Shown here piece by piece: positions 51,359 to 64,000 of a DNA stretch of 64,000 nt. Positions within the stretch are counted from its first letter, which is position 1; the number at the start of each line of letters is the position of its first letter. The stretch is taken from the NCBI GenBank assembly GCA_043228905.1, contig JBHGNT010000003.1:25792001-25856000 (forward strand), written 5' to 3'. The position numbers and the translations under genes are program-made. The stretch is from Azolla caroliniana (Eukaryota; Plantae; Polypodiophyta). Under the pieces are notes generated by a model. That model saw only the letters and a program-made list of their open reading frames with translations. It did not search any database and was not told the origin of the DNA.

Positions 51359-54114
51359 TATGAGACAACATTTAGATATGTAGTATCTCCTAGCCTCTTA
51401 AAAGATATCCTCTCATGCAATGCACTTTGTATTTTGGTTTCGAAACCAAACATAGGCATTTTTTTGGCAAAAATCATTAACGTCGACAATTAAATTGTTG
51501 TAGCCCTCTAAGTGTTACAAAAAAATTGATAAATGAATTAGGTATGCATGTCTACCTTGGCAAATTCCTCAACATCACTAATTTCTCGACTTTAGCCATT
51601 GTAATGCAATGTGGTAAAACTACTAATGAGCTTGGTATGTCTAAATTCCCAAATTGGAAAGAAAAATCTTTGTAATGCGTGGAATGGATTAGTCAAAGTT
51701 CTATTTTCCTATTTGTTCCATTATGACAAATCACTCACTAATAATAACAAGGTTGTTGTACCCAAAACTTGGGGGGGGGGGGGGGGGGGGATGACAACTA
51801 AGAAAAGCAAGATATCAATAGAAGTTGTGATTATTCATAGGTTGAGAATTTAGCTATTTGTAACTTGGTAATTGTTGAATCTATACAAAGAGTAAAGACT
51901 TAAATATGAGATCAAGGTGTGTAATTTAACATATAAAACCACTGCATAATATGGAACTTCTATGAGTGTCCTTTGACTTCATGGCCTAGTGAAGGGTCAT
52001 TGGACACACGCATAGGTGCGAATACGTTTATTTACAACTCAATTGATAAAGGGTACAAGGAAATGCTCACGTGAAATTTTCCATATTGATGGCACATTGA
52101 CCTAGGAGGGGGCTCATAACTATATCACAACATGTTCATTTGAGGCTTTTTAAATACTTTATTTGTAAGATATTTGTCATACTAAAACTCACGAAAGTAA
52201 AGTTGGATGAGCCAATGTCAGGTTGAAAATTTGATGGTTACAATCGAGCATTAAATTGTGTTTTGAGCTCCCCTCTTGTCCAATTTGTTGTATCTTGTCT
52301 CTTAAGGGGTGTTATGTTATGGTGTCATGAGTGGGGGATGCTTTGATTGCAATCAAAAATTAAAATTTCTGTAGGTTGTGAATTATCTTTGGTGATTATA
52401 GTTTTCATTACACATGTTTCTCTCGTGAGCATTCGAGTGACTGAGTGTTTTAGGAATATACTTTTTTAAGCCAAAGATCATGATATATTGGACAACCATT
52501 TTTTGGGAGAACCAAGATTTTGTAGGTTTCGTGGGAATTTAGAATTTGATGACATTTTTTATGTTGGGCCAATGGGTTTGATTGGCTATGCATATTATTA
52601 GCACACAAATGTTCACTTCATTTTCTATCACGTAACAACAACTTGTAAGATACAATTATTGCTTTGGAATCCAAGAAAAAAGACAATGATTATAAGATGA
52701 AAAGGGTTAGAATTCCTTTTTTCAACTCACCAAGAAAAGAAAGTTGTTAGCCCAAAAACATGGGAATGTATATATACATAGATCATGCCTATTTATAACT
52801 CACACTTATTTTATGGGAAGTTAAGAGAAAGAAGGCATAAGAAAGATTCCATTTTATATGAGCTTAGAATGGCCATATATCTTCACCTAAATGCCTAGCA
52901 TTTTGCTTTAATAAAACAAATTTAATTTTGTGTTTGGTAGAGTCAAGCTCTTTTTATGAATGAATGATGCATATTTATGGTTCATGATTCACCATAGATG
53001 CACAACCGACGTGGATACTTTGGTAACTTAAGCTTCTCTATTATCGTGCGTGCTTGGACAAGTAGTCATAGTGAGACTAGAAAATATTCATCAATGGATG
53101 CACGAAGACCAAAAATGAAAGTCCTGACTTGAAGGGATACAATTCGTATGCCTCACAATATTAATGTCGTCCTATACATTTTGTAACGTGTACATGTTGA
53201 CAATTGCCTTTGTCGAAAATGTAATGGTTAGGTGGAATCAACACGATAATCCAAAAGTGGCTAGCATGGAGTTATTTCATCATCCATCAACCCACAATAA
53301 GTGGAACAATATCATGTTTCACATCTTCATGTGTGATGTGCGATTCATGGCAAATGTTGTTGGGTTCTAGACATCAACTCTCATTGAAAATGCGCAATTA
53401 CGGCAACTTCTTCTTGTGTTTGTGTGTTGTCTCTTTGCCATTGGCAAGGAAATGCCTAGATCACTCTCCGTTTTTGCTATTGTGGATAGAGATAGACACA
53501 CGTAACATGACTATTGAGCCGAATCTTTGGAAGGAGGAGTACTAGTTTCTCGCACCGAATGGTATGAGATGCATTCTGTATGGCATTTTGCCTTGGCATG
53601 TAGCCAGTTGGTGCTAGGGAAGAAGCGGACCATCACTAATGGCGCGGGTTGATGTGAGGAGGTCTTTTATTTTGGTGGCTGAACTTGTTACGAGATTGGT
53701 TTCCGAGCGGGGGCACTTGTCCAGAAAGAAGCCCACCCAACGAAGCGTTGTGGGCGTTACTTGTGAGTGTGAAAGCAGCAGGCAATGATAAATAGTTCAA
53801 GCCACCCCAAGACAGAAAAAAGAGCACAAGAGAGAAAATATGTAAATAAACAAGAGGAATCAAAAGCTTCAAAGGGATTTTGCGTTTTGCGTTTTTTATC
53901 AGTTTTTTGTTATGTATATATATGTATATAAAGAGGGTAAATATACGATTTTAAAACGCAGGCCAAGAAGACGAAATCAGAACACTATGTATGTACATAT
54001 TGTGTTTGTAATATGTATATATTTTTGTTATTATGATTCTCTTTTTAAAGTTGATTTTGCTTCCTTTTGCTTCCCTGCCATTGAATCGGACTCCAATTGC
54101 AGACAGATAGATAG

Positions 54115-55374
54115 ATGGCTATGGCGTGGAAGATCTCCTTCTCCTTCTTCTTCTTCTTTGTCTTCTCCACTGCCGTCTCTGCAAGAGGCCTGTCTGCCCC
54201 ACACCCCATATCCGACCTCCAGAGCTTCATCTCCATTCTAGGCGACTCACCTATGGTTCACAATTTCGCGATTTATGCGAAGAGGTCAGTTCTCCTCTTT
54301 GTTTCTTCTCTCTCTTCGTTCGTCGCTCCGATTTCTTCTTCAATTTCCTCCCCTCCTCCCCACCCTTCTTTCTCTTTCTTCTTTCGTCATTTCTTTTTCT
54401 TCTGGATATTCTTTTTCTCCCTCTCCGTCGTTCTTTATATTTTACCTTCATCTTTCTTTACCATTCTCTTTTCTCATAATTTTCTTCTTTTCTTGCAGAT
54501 TTGGCAGGCATTACAACACAGAAGCAGAGGTCCACCATAGATTCCATGCTTTCGTGGAAAACCTGAATCTGATCCAGGCCAGCGATCGCAAGAATTTGCC
54601 TTACAAACTCGCTTTGAACAGTAAGTTTTGACTTCTTTCTACTTCTTCTTTCTTCCCTGGATTTCTGGTTTCTAACTGAGTGGAAGATATCTCTGTGTGT
54701 TTTGCAGAGTTTGCAGATCTGACATGGGAGGAGTTCAAAGGAGGTTATTTAGGAGCAGCTCAACAGAATTGCTCAGCGACGAGAAGGTCAGAGAAAGGAG
54801 GAAAGCATAACTATCTCAGAGCAAAAGGCATGACGCTTCCGGAAACGGTGAGAGAGAGAGACAGAGAGAGGTTGCCCAGATGGATGTATCTTGGTAAGGT
54901 TGCCTAAAGGAGACCAGAAGGTCATGGGTTCAACCCCTACATTCCAGAGTGGAATCTAGTAAATTTAGAGCTAGTAGTCTTACCACTAGGGTAAGCTAAT
55001 TATGATATAGAGAGAGAATCTAGTAAATTTAGAGCTAGTAGTCTTACCACTAGGGTAATCTAATTATGATATATAGAGAGAATCTAATAAATTTAGAGCT
55101 AGTAGTCTTACCAAGTTACCACTAGGGTAAGCTAATTACAATATAGAGAGAGATGATAAAATCTAGTAAATTTAGAGCTAGTAGGCTTACCACTAGGGTA
55201 AGCTAATTATGATATAGAGAAGATGTTTTATCCTCTTTGTGGAGGCTAATTTTGATCAACTGTACCAAAACAACATATCATCTTGTATGTGACTTCTTTC
55301 TAAGAAGGGGGAGGAGAGATAGATATATTGTATTATTGTCTTTGGAGGTTAAATATGACCTATAGATTTTATTA

Positions 55375-55411
<37 letters not shown>

Positions 55412-58400
55412 CTTTGTCTGCAGAGAGATTGGCGCCATGATGGGATTGTGAGCCCAGTCAAAAACCAAGCTCATTGTGGATCTTGTTGGACCTTCAGGTG
55501 CGCCAATAAACTTTTGATCTTTGAACTTTGTTATTTCATTGGCATTGTAATGTTTTGTGATATGGATGCTGCAACATTTTCTTTTTCCGCGTGAAACAAT
55601 TCTAAAAGTGAAGGATGTATGGCCTAAAGTGAATTTATACTATTTATTTAATGAGATGACATATGTTGTGTTTGCTTGGTATCCATTGCAAATCTAGGTT
55701 TACTTTCACCTTGTAGTGCTTTTTGAATGAATGTGTGTGCATATGAGTCTTTTGTATCCCCCTCTTTACTTATATTATGGTCACCAATGATTAGCACAAC
55801 GGGTGCATTGGAGGCTGCGCATGCACAAGCAACGGGGGAAATGGTGTTACTCTCAGAGCAGCAACTCATTGATTGTGCGGTTGGCTTCAATAACTTTGGT
55901 TGTAATGGAGGCCTGCCATCACAAGCGTTTGAGTACATTCGTTACAGTGGTGGCTTGGACACTGAAGATGCTTATCCTTACAAGGCAGAAGATGGTGCAT
56001 GCCAATTTAATGAACTCTCTGTTGGTGCTCAAGTATATGATGTTGTTAACATCACCTTGGTAAGTTATATCAAAATTCAAAAGGTCACTACTGTCTATAT
56101 AAAAATTTAAAATATGAATAAACTTATGTTTTTTGAACTCACGATACAAACAAGCTAATTTAGACATTAAAAAACAAGGGCTTTGGTTTACCATTTTAAA
56201 ATTTGTATTTTGTTCATCCACAACTTTCGAACTTTAATTTGTAGACGTAGTAATTAGCTTTGAGAACCACATCAAGGTTCCAAAGGTAAATGTATAACAC
56301 CACAAGTTACAATCAAGGAGTTCATCTCTCATATACTTGAACACAAGCATGCCAAATATAGGAGTTTATCTTTCGTTAGATTAAAGAAGTAAAGAAGAAA
56401 CTGACTCTTCCAACATTACATCATCAAACCACAAAAGAATTATCTAGAAACAATTCTGAGTTACATTCTTCTATATATGCCATATCCAAGTTTACTTTAA
56501 ATTGATTCTAAACCGCAAGGAATGGGCGTGCAACTATATCAATTTGAATTGATTCAAAACCATCAAAGGAATGGTTCATATCATGTTCATTATAAAAACT
56601 TGTCATAATTTTTGCTACTTTGAGGCTATGAACAGTGGTAGCTTGCTCAAGGAAATCAAATTTGTAATTATTCTATCATTGACTGCCCTATTTATACCAC
56701 ACACTATTTGTACAACCAGGGGTGGTGTGAGTACCTAGATTTCATATCAATGCCATAAAGGTTGCAGTCCACAATGGATTTATATCAGGTTCATTACAAA
56801 ATCTTCATAATTTTGGCTAATTTAAGGCTATTGACTATATAACAAGGAATAGTAATGGTGTGCTCAAGAAAATGTGCTTTTAATTATTTCACCACTTAGT
56901 GCTTTATTTGTACCACACACTATCTGCACCACCAGGGATGGTGTGAAGACCTAGATTATATCATAGTGCCACAAATGTTGTAGTCCACAATGGGGTCATA
57001 TTAAGTTCATTACAAAATTCTTCATAATTTTGGCTAGTTTAAGGCGATTGACTAAATAACAAGCTCTTTATAATTTTAGTCAGTCTGGGAGCCATGACCA
57101 TTACTTTGAGACCATGAACACACTAGCAATTTGCTTCAACAATAACTTGGCTTGTGAACTTGTTGCTAACAATGGAACAACATAATAAATATACAGTATA
57201 CCATACTAGTAGTAAATCACGTGTCACATCATTAACTCAATGTGGTGTACATTTCCAAGTTGGGATAGGATTCGTGTATGCATCAAGCGTAATTCCTTAG
57301 CTCTGTTTCCCCACACAGAAGGTTCCCATAAAAAATCCCTAAACGTGTTTTTTATCTGGTTATAAATTCAGGGAGCTGAGGATGAGTTGAAGGATGCAGT
57401 GGGCTTGGTGCGCCCCGTCAGTGTGGCATTTGAGGTTATTGGTGATTTCCGATTCTATGCTGGTGGTGTCTTCACTAGCACTAATTGTGATACCTCCCCC
57501 GAGGTAATAACCTAATCTTAATCTAATCACATCATCCCACTGCTAGAAACAAATCTTGTATACTACATAGCTTATTTTTAGCAATGCATGATATTACTGG
57601 TTGATGTGTTTGATGAATGTAATCACACCACACCACTGTCAAATCTTGTATACCATATATACAAACGTACATTACATATTTACCTTTTCTCAAACGTGCA
57701 TGGTATTATTGGTTACGTATGCATGCATGCATGTTAGCATAGATTCCTAATTATTCTTTATGTATCTATAACAACATACATACAAACATATTTATAGAAT
57801 GCTTGATGTTACTGTTGTACATGCATTCATGCATACGGATAGAAAATGTTATCATATATATACTATATGCAGATTATTCATTTCTCATCATACCACTCAT
57901 TGATATACAAAGCCATATGCATACATAACATACGCTGATGATAAAGTATGATGTGCCAAATTGTGGTTCTAGCTGTGGGATTACATGGCCGGGTATAGCT
58001 GGAAGCATGCGTGTCTATATCTGCGGGGGGATGACTATGTATCGCATGTGCATGTGTATGTGTTCTACATTTATGGTGTATGCATATGCATATTGTGACC
58101 GTGGCTGTGGGCTATGGCATGGTCGGAAACAAAACCATATTTGTATGCGATACGACATCCAGATACATTTGTATAGAAAGGATCATTATAGCATGCATAT
58201 GCATATACATATGTATAAAGAGAACAAGTTCTGTTGATGTCAATGATGGCAGAGTGTGAATCATGCCGTTCTTGCTGTGAGCTATGGCACATATACATGC
58301 ACACATGCAAATGCATAGGCATAGTCACATCCACTGCTCATGCACATGCACATACACATCCACATAACGCATGCAATGCAGATACGCTTACACAGCACAT

Positions 58401-58830
58401 ATGATGCACGTACGCACACACATATACATACTCATGTGCACGCACATTCACATGTATAAAGGAAGTTAGTTCTGATGATATCATGTGATGGAAGAATGTG
58501 AATCATGCTGTTCTTGCGGTGGGGTATGGCGCTGATGAAAGTGGGACTCCATACTGGATCATTAAGAACTCATGGGGTGATAGCTGGGGCTTGGATGGCT
58601 ACTTTTACATGGAAATGGGCAAGAACATGTGTGGTAAGCTCTCCTCTTACTGCGATGTTGTTTTCTTTTATTTAATGTAAGCCAACTTAATTTAGATTTA
58701 CTGTACATTTTTCTATCTTTTAAGGCCTTTAATGCGATGTCCTTTGCTTGTCTCAGGAATTGCAACATGCGCTTCCTATCCGGTGGTTACCGAAGAAGAA
58801 GCTATGTTTCCCATGATTCAAATGGCATAG
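54115..58830 (+). CDS. AALP: Aleurain / cathepsin H-like papain-family cysteine protease; exons 54115-54284, 54499-54620, 54708-54847, 55424-55497, 55795-56059, 57372-57503, 58495-58633, 58757-58830
   Basis: Signal peptide, I29 prodomain (ERFNIN-like, [11 protein letters not shown]), minichain QNCSAT, catalytic [42 protein letters not shown]; all GT-AG in phase. Confidence 0.95.
54882..54945 (+). mobile_element. tRNA-derived SINE-like head in intron 3 of protease gene
   Basis: TGGTAAGG...GGGTTCAACCCC (B box), ends GGATGTA/TACATTCC can pair; embedded in GA tracts. Confidence 0.45.
54953..55221. repeat. 64-bp minisatellite, 4 copies
   Basis: aatctagtaaatttagagctagtagtcttaccactagggtaagctaattatgatatagagagag units at 54953, 55017, 55081, 55160. 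Confidence 0.92.
56570..57060. repeat. ~210-bp diverged tandem repeat (about 2.3 copies) in intron 5
   Basis: ttcattacaaaa...cataattttggct and taccacacactat...accaggg..ggtgtga..acctagat recur. Confidence 0.75.
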
Positions 58831-61112
58831 GCAAAACCCAACCTTATGTCTCAAGAATGTCAACAAAGCTTATTTGACACCTCTAGTACTCCTATTATGT
58901 GTGTATTATATCCTTCTATATCTTGTATGTACATAATGACTTGTATTTCTACAGTATTTCTAGCACTTATAAATCAATATCTCTTCCAGATGTGTGATTG
59001 GGAATGCATCATCCAATCCTGAATTGATAACAGTATTTAATGTTTAGAGATTCAATGAAAATGATATTCTTCTCAAGAGACATGGGTTTGATTACTTTTT
59101 AAAACATTCGTACACTAAGATTTTACGCATGAATCCACATTCATAGATGAGGTACACTACACATTCATAGATGAGGAAAATATGCAGCATATTCAACTCT
59201 ATTACACTTATTATGTGGGGTGTGCTAAGCAAGTATGAAGACATAAATAAGTGTTCTATCATCATGACCATACCTCTAGTATGTATCTTTTCTGTTTGAA
59301 TTAAACTTGCATCTCCACTAGATCAAATGGTTCTCAGAGGAATTGAATTCTTTATGAGCGTTGAGTTCAAATCTTATTAGGTAGATTGTTCAATGGTGAT
59401 TTTGAATTGTGATTCGTGAACCCACTCTTTTTAATGAATGTAAACTAAAGCTGTTTCCCATACTTGTTGACTATGTGGGGTAATGTGATTACTCACTTCA
59501 CTCGAAAAATAATATGTAGAATAAATTTGACTTCATTTAGTACTCCTAATTATTTTCATTCTTATTGCATGATCATAATAAATGACTATTCACTTTGCAC
59601 ACAAAGTGATGCAATGACTCACTATAAACCCCCATAGAGTTTTGTTCCTTATTGCTCGAGATGCCGGGTTAGGACATGAAAAGTCAGAAATTTTAACCCC
59701 TACATAAAGTCAATATTGTTAAATTCATCCATATACGATGTAGGCAAGGAGGATATACTAAGATTCCAAAAACGACCTCTATGGAACCCAATTGTTTCAG
59801 AAATGTAAAAAGTTATGACAGTGCATGTTAAATGTTAAAGCACGATGTAAACATCATGCAAGAGAGTATAAATATCTTGGTACCTCGACTACCTTAGCAA
59901 ATTTTAAATATTGAAATATGAGAGAGACGTAATAAACATGGTTGCTAGCCACATGGGAAAAGAAGGGATTCACTCTTATGGCTGGTTCTAGGAACTACGA
60001 GTTTAATAAACTCTGCAAGAATGATACATTAAGGTGCAATGCAAAGCAGTAGAGACAAGTGGATGGTTTGATGGTGTTGGGGTCGGGGTCAGGGTTGTCG
60101 AAGGTTTCGAGAACTTAGCTAATTGAAGAGCACATATGTATATGTACATATTTGGTGGGCACCTCCTTGTCATGTGAAGAACCCATTCAAAAGACTTCTT
60201 GAAATGCTAGAGAGAAGAAGGAAGTGAAGAAGCTCTCCATTGACCGGACAAAAAACCCATCCCCAAAACCCTATAACCTACCTAGCTCTGTGTGTCTCTC
60301 CATACGACGCTCTGCTGCAACTGAAGGCTTCTTCCAAAGAGGTAAGTGATAGATAGAGAATGCAGCCAATCGGGACGACGCATCTGAGATGACTGTGTGT
60401 AACTGCTTGGAGACCGTGACGTCTCGCGTTCTATACACACGGATGTGGCTTGTTTTTGTAGTCTAGGAAAGGTCATAGATGGTGTATCAAAGATGTGTAT
60501 AGGTTGGGATTTTGAACGCATGATCTTACTACCACTCCTAGGGTCAGTTAGTTGATTACGGTAAAAGAAAAGAGGGGGAATATGTTGCTATCTGATTTCA
60601 TATCCTTTGTTTGGTGTTATTATGTTTTGCCATTTGTCTCCGACTAACCTGATTTTATGATGTCAATGTTGTTGAGGAGAGGCAAAATTGAAATCAGGGA
60701 GGGAGAGTGAGATAACATAAAGAAACCTTGGTTTATAATAAGGTTTCCTAATTCATCGTTTCCTGGCAATGTTTTCCATATCTGTCCCACCATTGCACAG
60801 TATGTGTTAGAATCCCAAATACGGTTTCACTTGAAACTTTGCATTGAAGAAAAGTTTGGAAATGGAACCTTAAATCTTCCTAATTAGTTTTTTCTTCTGA
60901 ATGGTCCTTACATATTTGAATGTCGTGCATATATAACAGTGTTTCCAATTTCTGAAAATTTGTTGGATTCACGGACACTGAACATTTCATTATGTCCAAC
61001 AATAGATTGCATACATAAATATCCTCTCTAATTTCATGTGTGTAGGATTCCGTATTTTTATATTACGCTATAACCTTCGTGAATATTCCTGAATTGTTTA
61101 TTGACATTTACT

Positions 61113-61305
61113 GTGATGATCTCAATGCAAAAGCTAATTATTAGCATAATGATCTCAAAGTGAAAGCAAATGAGTAGTATAATGATCTCAGAGAGAAAGC
61201 TAGTTATTAGTGTAATGATCCATCTCAAACGAGAAACTAATTGTTAGTGTAATGATCTCAAAGTTAAAGTGTGAATGTGACAATCTCAAAGTTAATGTAT
61301 GAATC
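61113..61305. repeat. ~33-bp minisatellite in 5'UTR intron of RPAC1
   Basis: taatgatctcaaag...aagctaattattag units repeated about 6 times. Confidence 0.7.
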
Positions 61306-61527
61306 ACAATTTAACCCATGACCATAATAACATTGTAAACCGTAAGCTGTACGACTACGTTGTCATGATTATACATTTGATGTGTAATCATATGGTGCTG
61401 ATGGACATATAAAGTTAATGTATTCATATTGTTTTCTATTGCATAATATATTATTTTCTCTTTCTCATGTTTCAACAGGGAAACTAGTCTACAGGTCTTG
61501 AATCTTGAGGTTTTAACCGCTACACCA

Positions 61528-64000
61528 ATGTCTCGCATTTCTGCTCTTGATATGCCCGATGTGCCGAAGGGTCAGCTTCCTCCTCACGTGGAGCTTCAGC
61601 GTACCCGAGTCCTTTGTGGTTCAGATGCTGCTTCTTATGTATGTGTTTATGGCCTTCTCAAAGTCTCTGAGAAAAGAAGAGTCTCTTTCTCTCTCTTGAT
61701 TTTAGAGAGATAGGAAAGAGAAATCAGAGAGTTATTGATTATAGGAAATTATTAAAATTCAGGGTTATCTTATTGAATATCTCATAAAAAATTAATGGAA
61801 TCGTAAAGGAAATGAGGAAAGAGAAAGTGTGAGAATGATTTTGAAGATTTAATGTACATATTTCTGCGGTCTGTTAATGAAAATTTCCATTTCCTTCGAT
61901 TAACTGTTGCAGACAGAATCTTTACAATATTCTGGGGCATATTCATTGTGTGGGGTGGATAACAGCCTCAGAATGACAGAATTTTGCAAGAATTTCCGTG
62001 TTCAGGTCATATCTTTGGATAGTGATGATATTGAGTTTGATATGGTCGGCATCGATGCTGCTGTGGCCAATGCATTCAGAAGGATTTTGATTTCAGAGGT
62101 TTATGGAGTTCTCTCTTTTATTACTTGAAACATAGGTTTTATGAAACATCTGAAATACCTTTGAGTATATATCCCCCCCTTCCTCCAAAAACAAATATGG
62201 AAAAATAAAAAACAAAACATTCGGTATAGGCATTTTGCGATTTCCCCAAACACCCCTTGGTCAACCCCTTGAAAGAGCAATTGCAAATTCTGTTTTGGAG
62301 CAATTGTATGGCCAATTCATCCTTTTTTCTCTTTCTTGGGAATTGACCAAGGGCGTTTCAGGAAATAACAGAAGCCCAACGGTGTATTTGGGGATTTTCC
62401 CTTGGTTTTATATGAACTGCCTTGCTGATCTCTTTTTAAACACTTCACTTGCGAAAGATTCCCACAATGGCAATTGAGAAAGTTTTTGTTGCTGACAACA
62501 CATCTGTCATCCAAGATGAAGTCCTGGCTCATCGTCTAGGACTAATCCCTATCAAAGTTGATCCCAGATTATTTGAGTACAAGTCAGGTAGTGATGTGAT
62601 TATACTTGGTTTGGCAAAGTGGTCATATCCTATCTGATCTTTCCTTATTTCACAGAAAATGATCTGGCCAATGAAAAAAATACTATTGTCTTCAAGTTGA
62701 ATGTTGTTTGCACTAGGCAAGATGGACGCGTAAAGAATGCAACAGGTATGTCCTTGTTTCCAGTGTTGAACTTAATAACAAAATCGGGATGCTGTAGTAG
62801 TTACTCAAAACTTCATCTTATTTTTCTTATGACGTTTTCTGGATAGTCTGTCCTGTCATGTTAAGCAAACCCTAAACCCAGAAACGGTTTGGTGTTTGCT
62901 AGATCTGACAATTCTATATAATATTACAAGAGTTGCATTGAAGTCTATACTGGTCTCTTTTGTAATGAGATTTTTATTGAATTGATGATCTAAGAGTATT
63001 TATTTATCAAGAGCATATCATGGAATTTCGCAGTTAGATCTGATCAATTACAGTGGTTGCCAAATGGGAGTGAGTTCGAGGTTCCATCTGCTGATAAGGG
63101 CAAGAAGACCTATACATCTTTTTCCTGCAGTCAAGACACCTTACCTCCTCTCAAGAAGGATCCAATTATCCCACGATATCCAGATATCACTCTCGCTAAG
63201 CTACGACCTGGTCAAGTCAGTAGATCTTGTTTGAATTGTTTTTATCATTTGTTGAAGCTATAACCTATAGATCAGAATGCAATCAATTTAGATCTTGACC
63301 TTATCCAAATATTTCCAGAACCTTTTATGCTCGTTGATTGTATTTTAGTTGTGATGGATTTATTGATTGTATTTATGTTATGTAGCTTGTTTTCAATTTA
63401 AATTAATTTTGCTCATTCTGTGAAGTTTTGCAGTGCATTGAATTGGAAGCTCATGCAGTCAAAGGTATGGGTAAAACACATGCAAAATGGTCTCCTGTGG
63501 CAACTGCCAGATACAAGATGCTTCCAGAGGTAACCTTTACTCTGCAAGTGAATTTAAGTGGTTTATGTATATGAGGATTTCATGACTATCTGTGTGATAG
63601 ATGTTTGTTAACATCACTCTTCTATATGAGAATGATAAAGTTGTAGATGATCAGTCCTATGGAGGTGATCCATGGAATAGATTAAGTTATATGTGTAATG
63701 GAGAAGAGATAACTGAAACAAGTGGTAACTTGCCCATTATATGTATATATGTCCACAAATGGTTGGTCTATTCCTTCACCATAGCCATTCATCATTGTGG
63801 CCTAGGATAGCCTTGAGTAACTCTAGTAATAACAACATGGTTTACTATTGCCGAATAATGAAACTATAATTTCAATGTTTGTAACAAAATGTTTTACTCT
63901 CAGGTTGTTCTTCTCGAGGATCTGCGGGATGATCTAGCAGAGGAGCTTGTTCAGAAATGCCCTGTGAATGTGTTTGATATTGAAGATCTGTCTAATGGTA
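61528..64000 (+). CDS. RPAC1: DNA-directed RNA polymerases I and III subunit AC40 (RPAC1), multi-exon, incomplete at window end
   Basis: [35 protein letters not shown]|[34 protein letters not shown]|[36 protein letters not shown]; probable 5'UTR intron 60342-61479. Confidence 0.96.

Noticed and set aside
57700-58460. Cys/His/Met-rich ORFs in protease intron 6 (also 8589-8837 and 9324-9569)
   Set aside because: Artefacts of TATG/CATG/TG low-complexity tracts.

Overview
Eukaryotic land-plant genomic DNA. The PPR, LINE and Copia sequence types suggest a fern or other non-seed plant, but this is inference. Five host genes: a single-C2-domain ERG-like gene (-), an N-terminally decayed RF298/PIR2/MIP1-like RING E3 ligase (-), an intronless TLC-domain membrane protein (-), an aleurain/cathepsin-H-like protease (+, 8 exons) and RNA Pol I/III subunit AC40 (+, runs off the end). 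The first 22 kb is a retroelement nest. It holds a chimeric Copia remnant split by a young pol-less LTR element (4-bp TSD, tRNA-Trp PBS, tRNA-like Pol III boxes in its LTRs), and a full-length Copia (TSD CATCC) inserted just downstream of an L1-like LINE ORF2. The most unusual signal is that this LINE's apparent ~2.1-kb 3' region consists of degenerate PLS-type PPR repeats plus an intronless xanthine dehydrogenase fragment and ends in a 3' tail motif shared by all LINEs in the window. A second TSD-flanked PPR-plus-tail copy without XDH lies nearby. 24694-35036 and 35137-45479 appear identical across a 100-N gap, almost certainly an assembly artefact.
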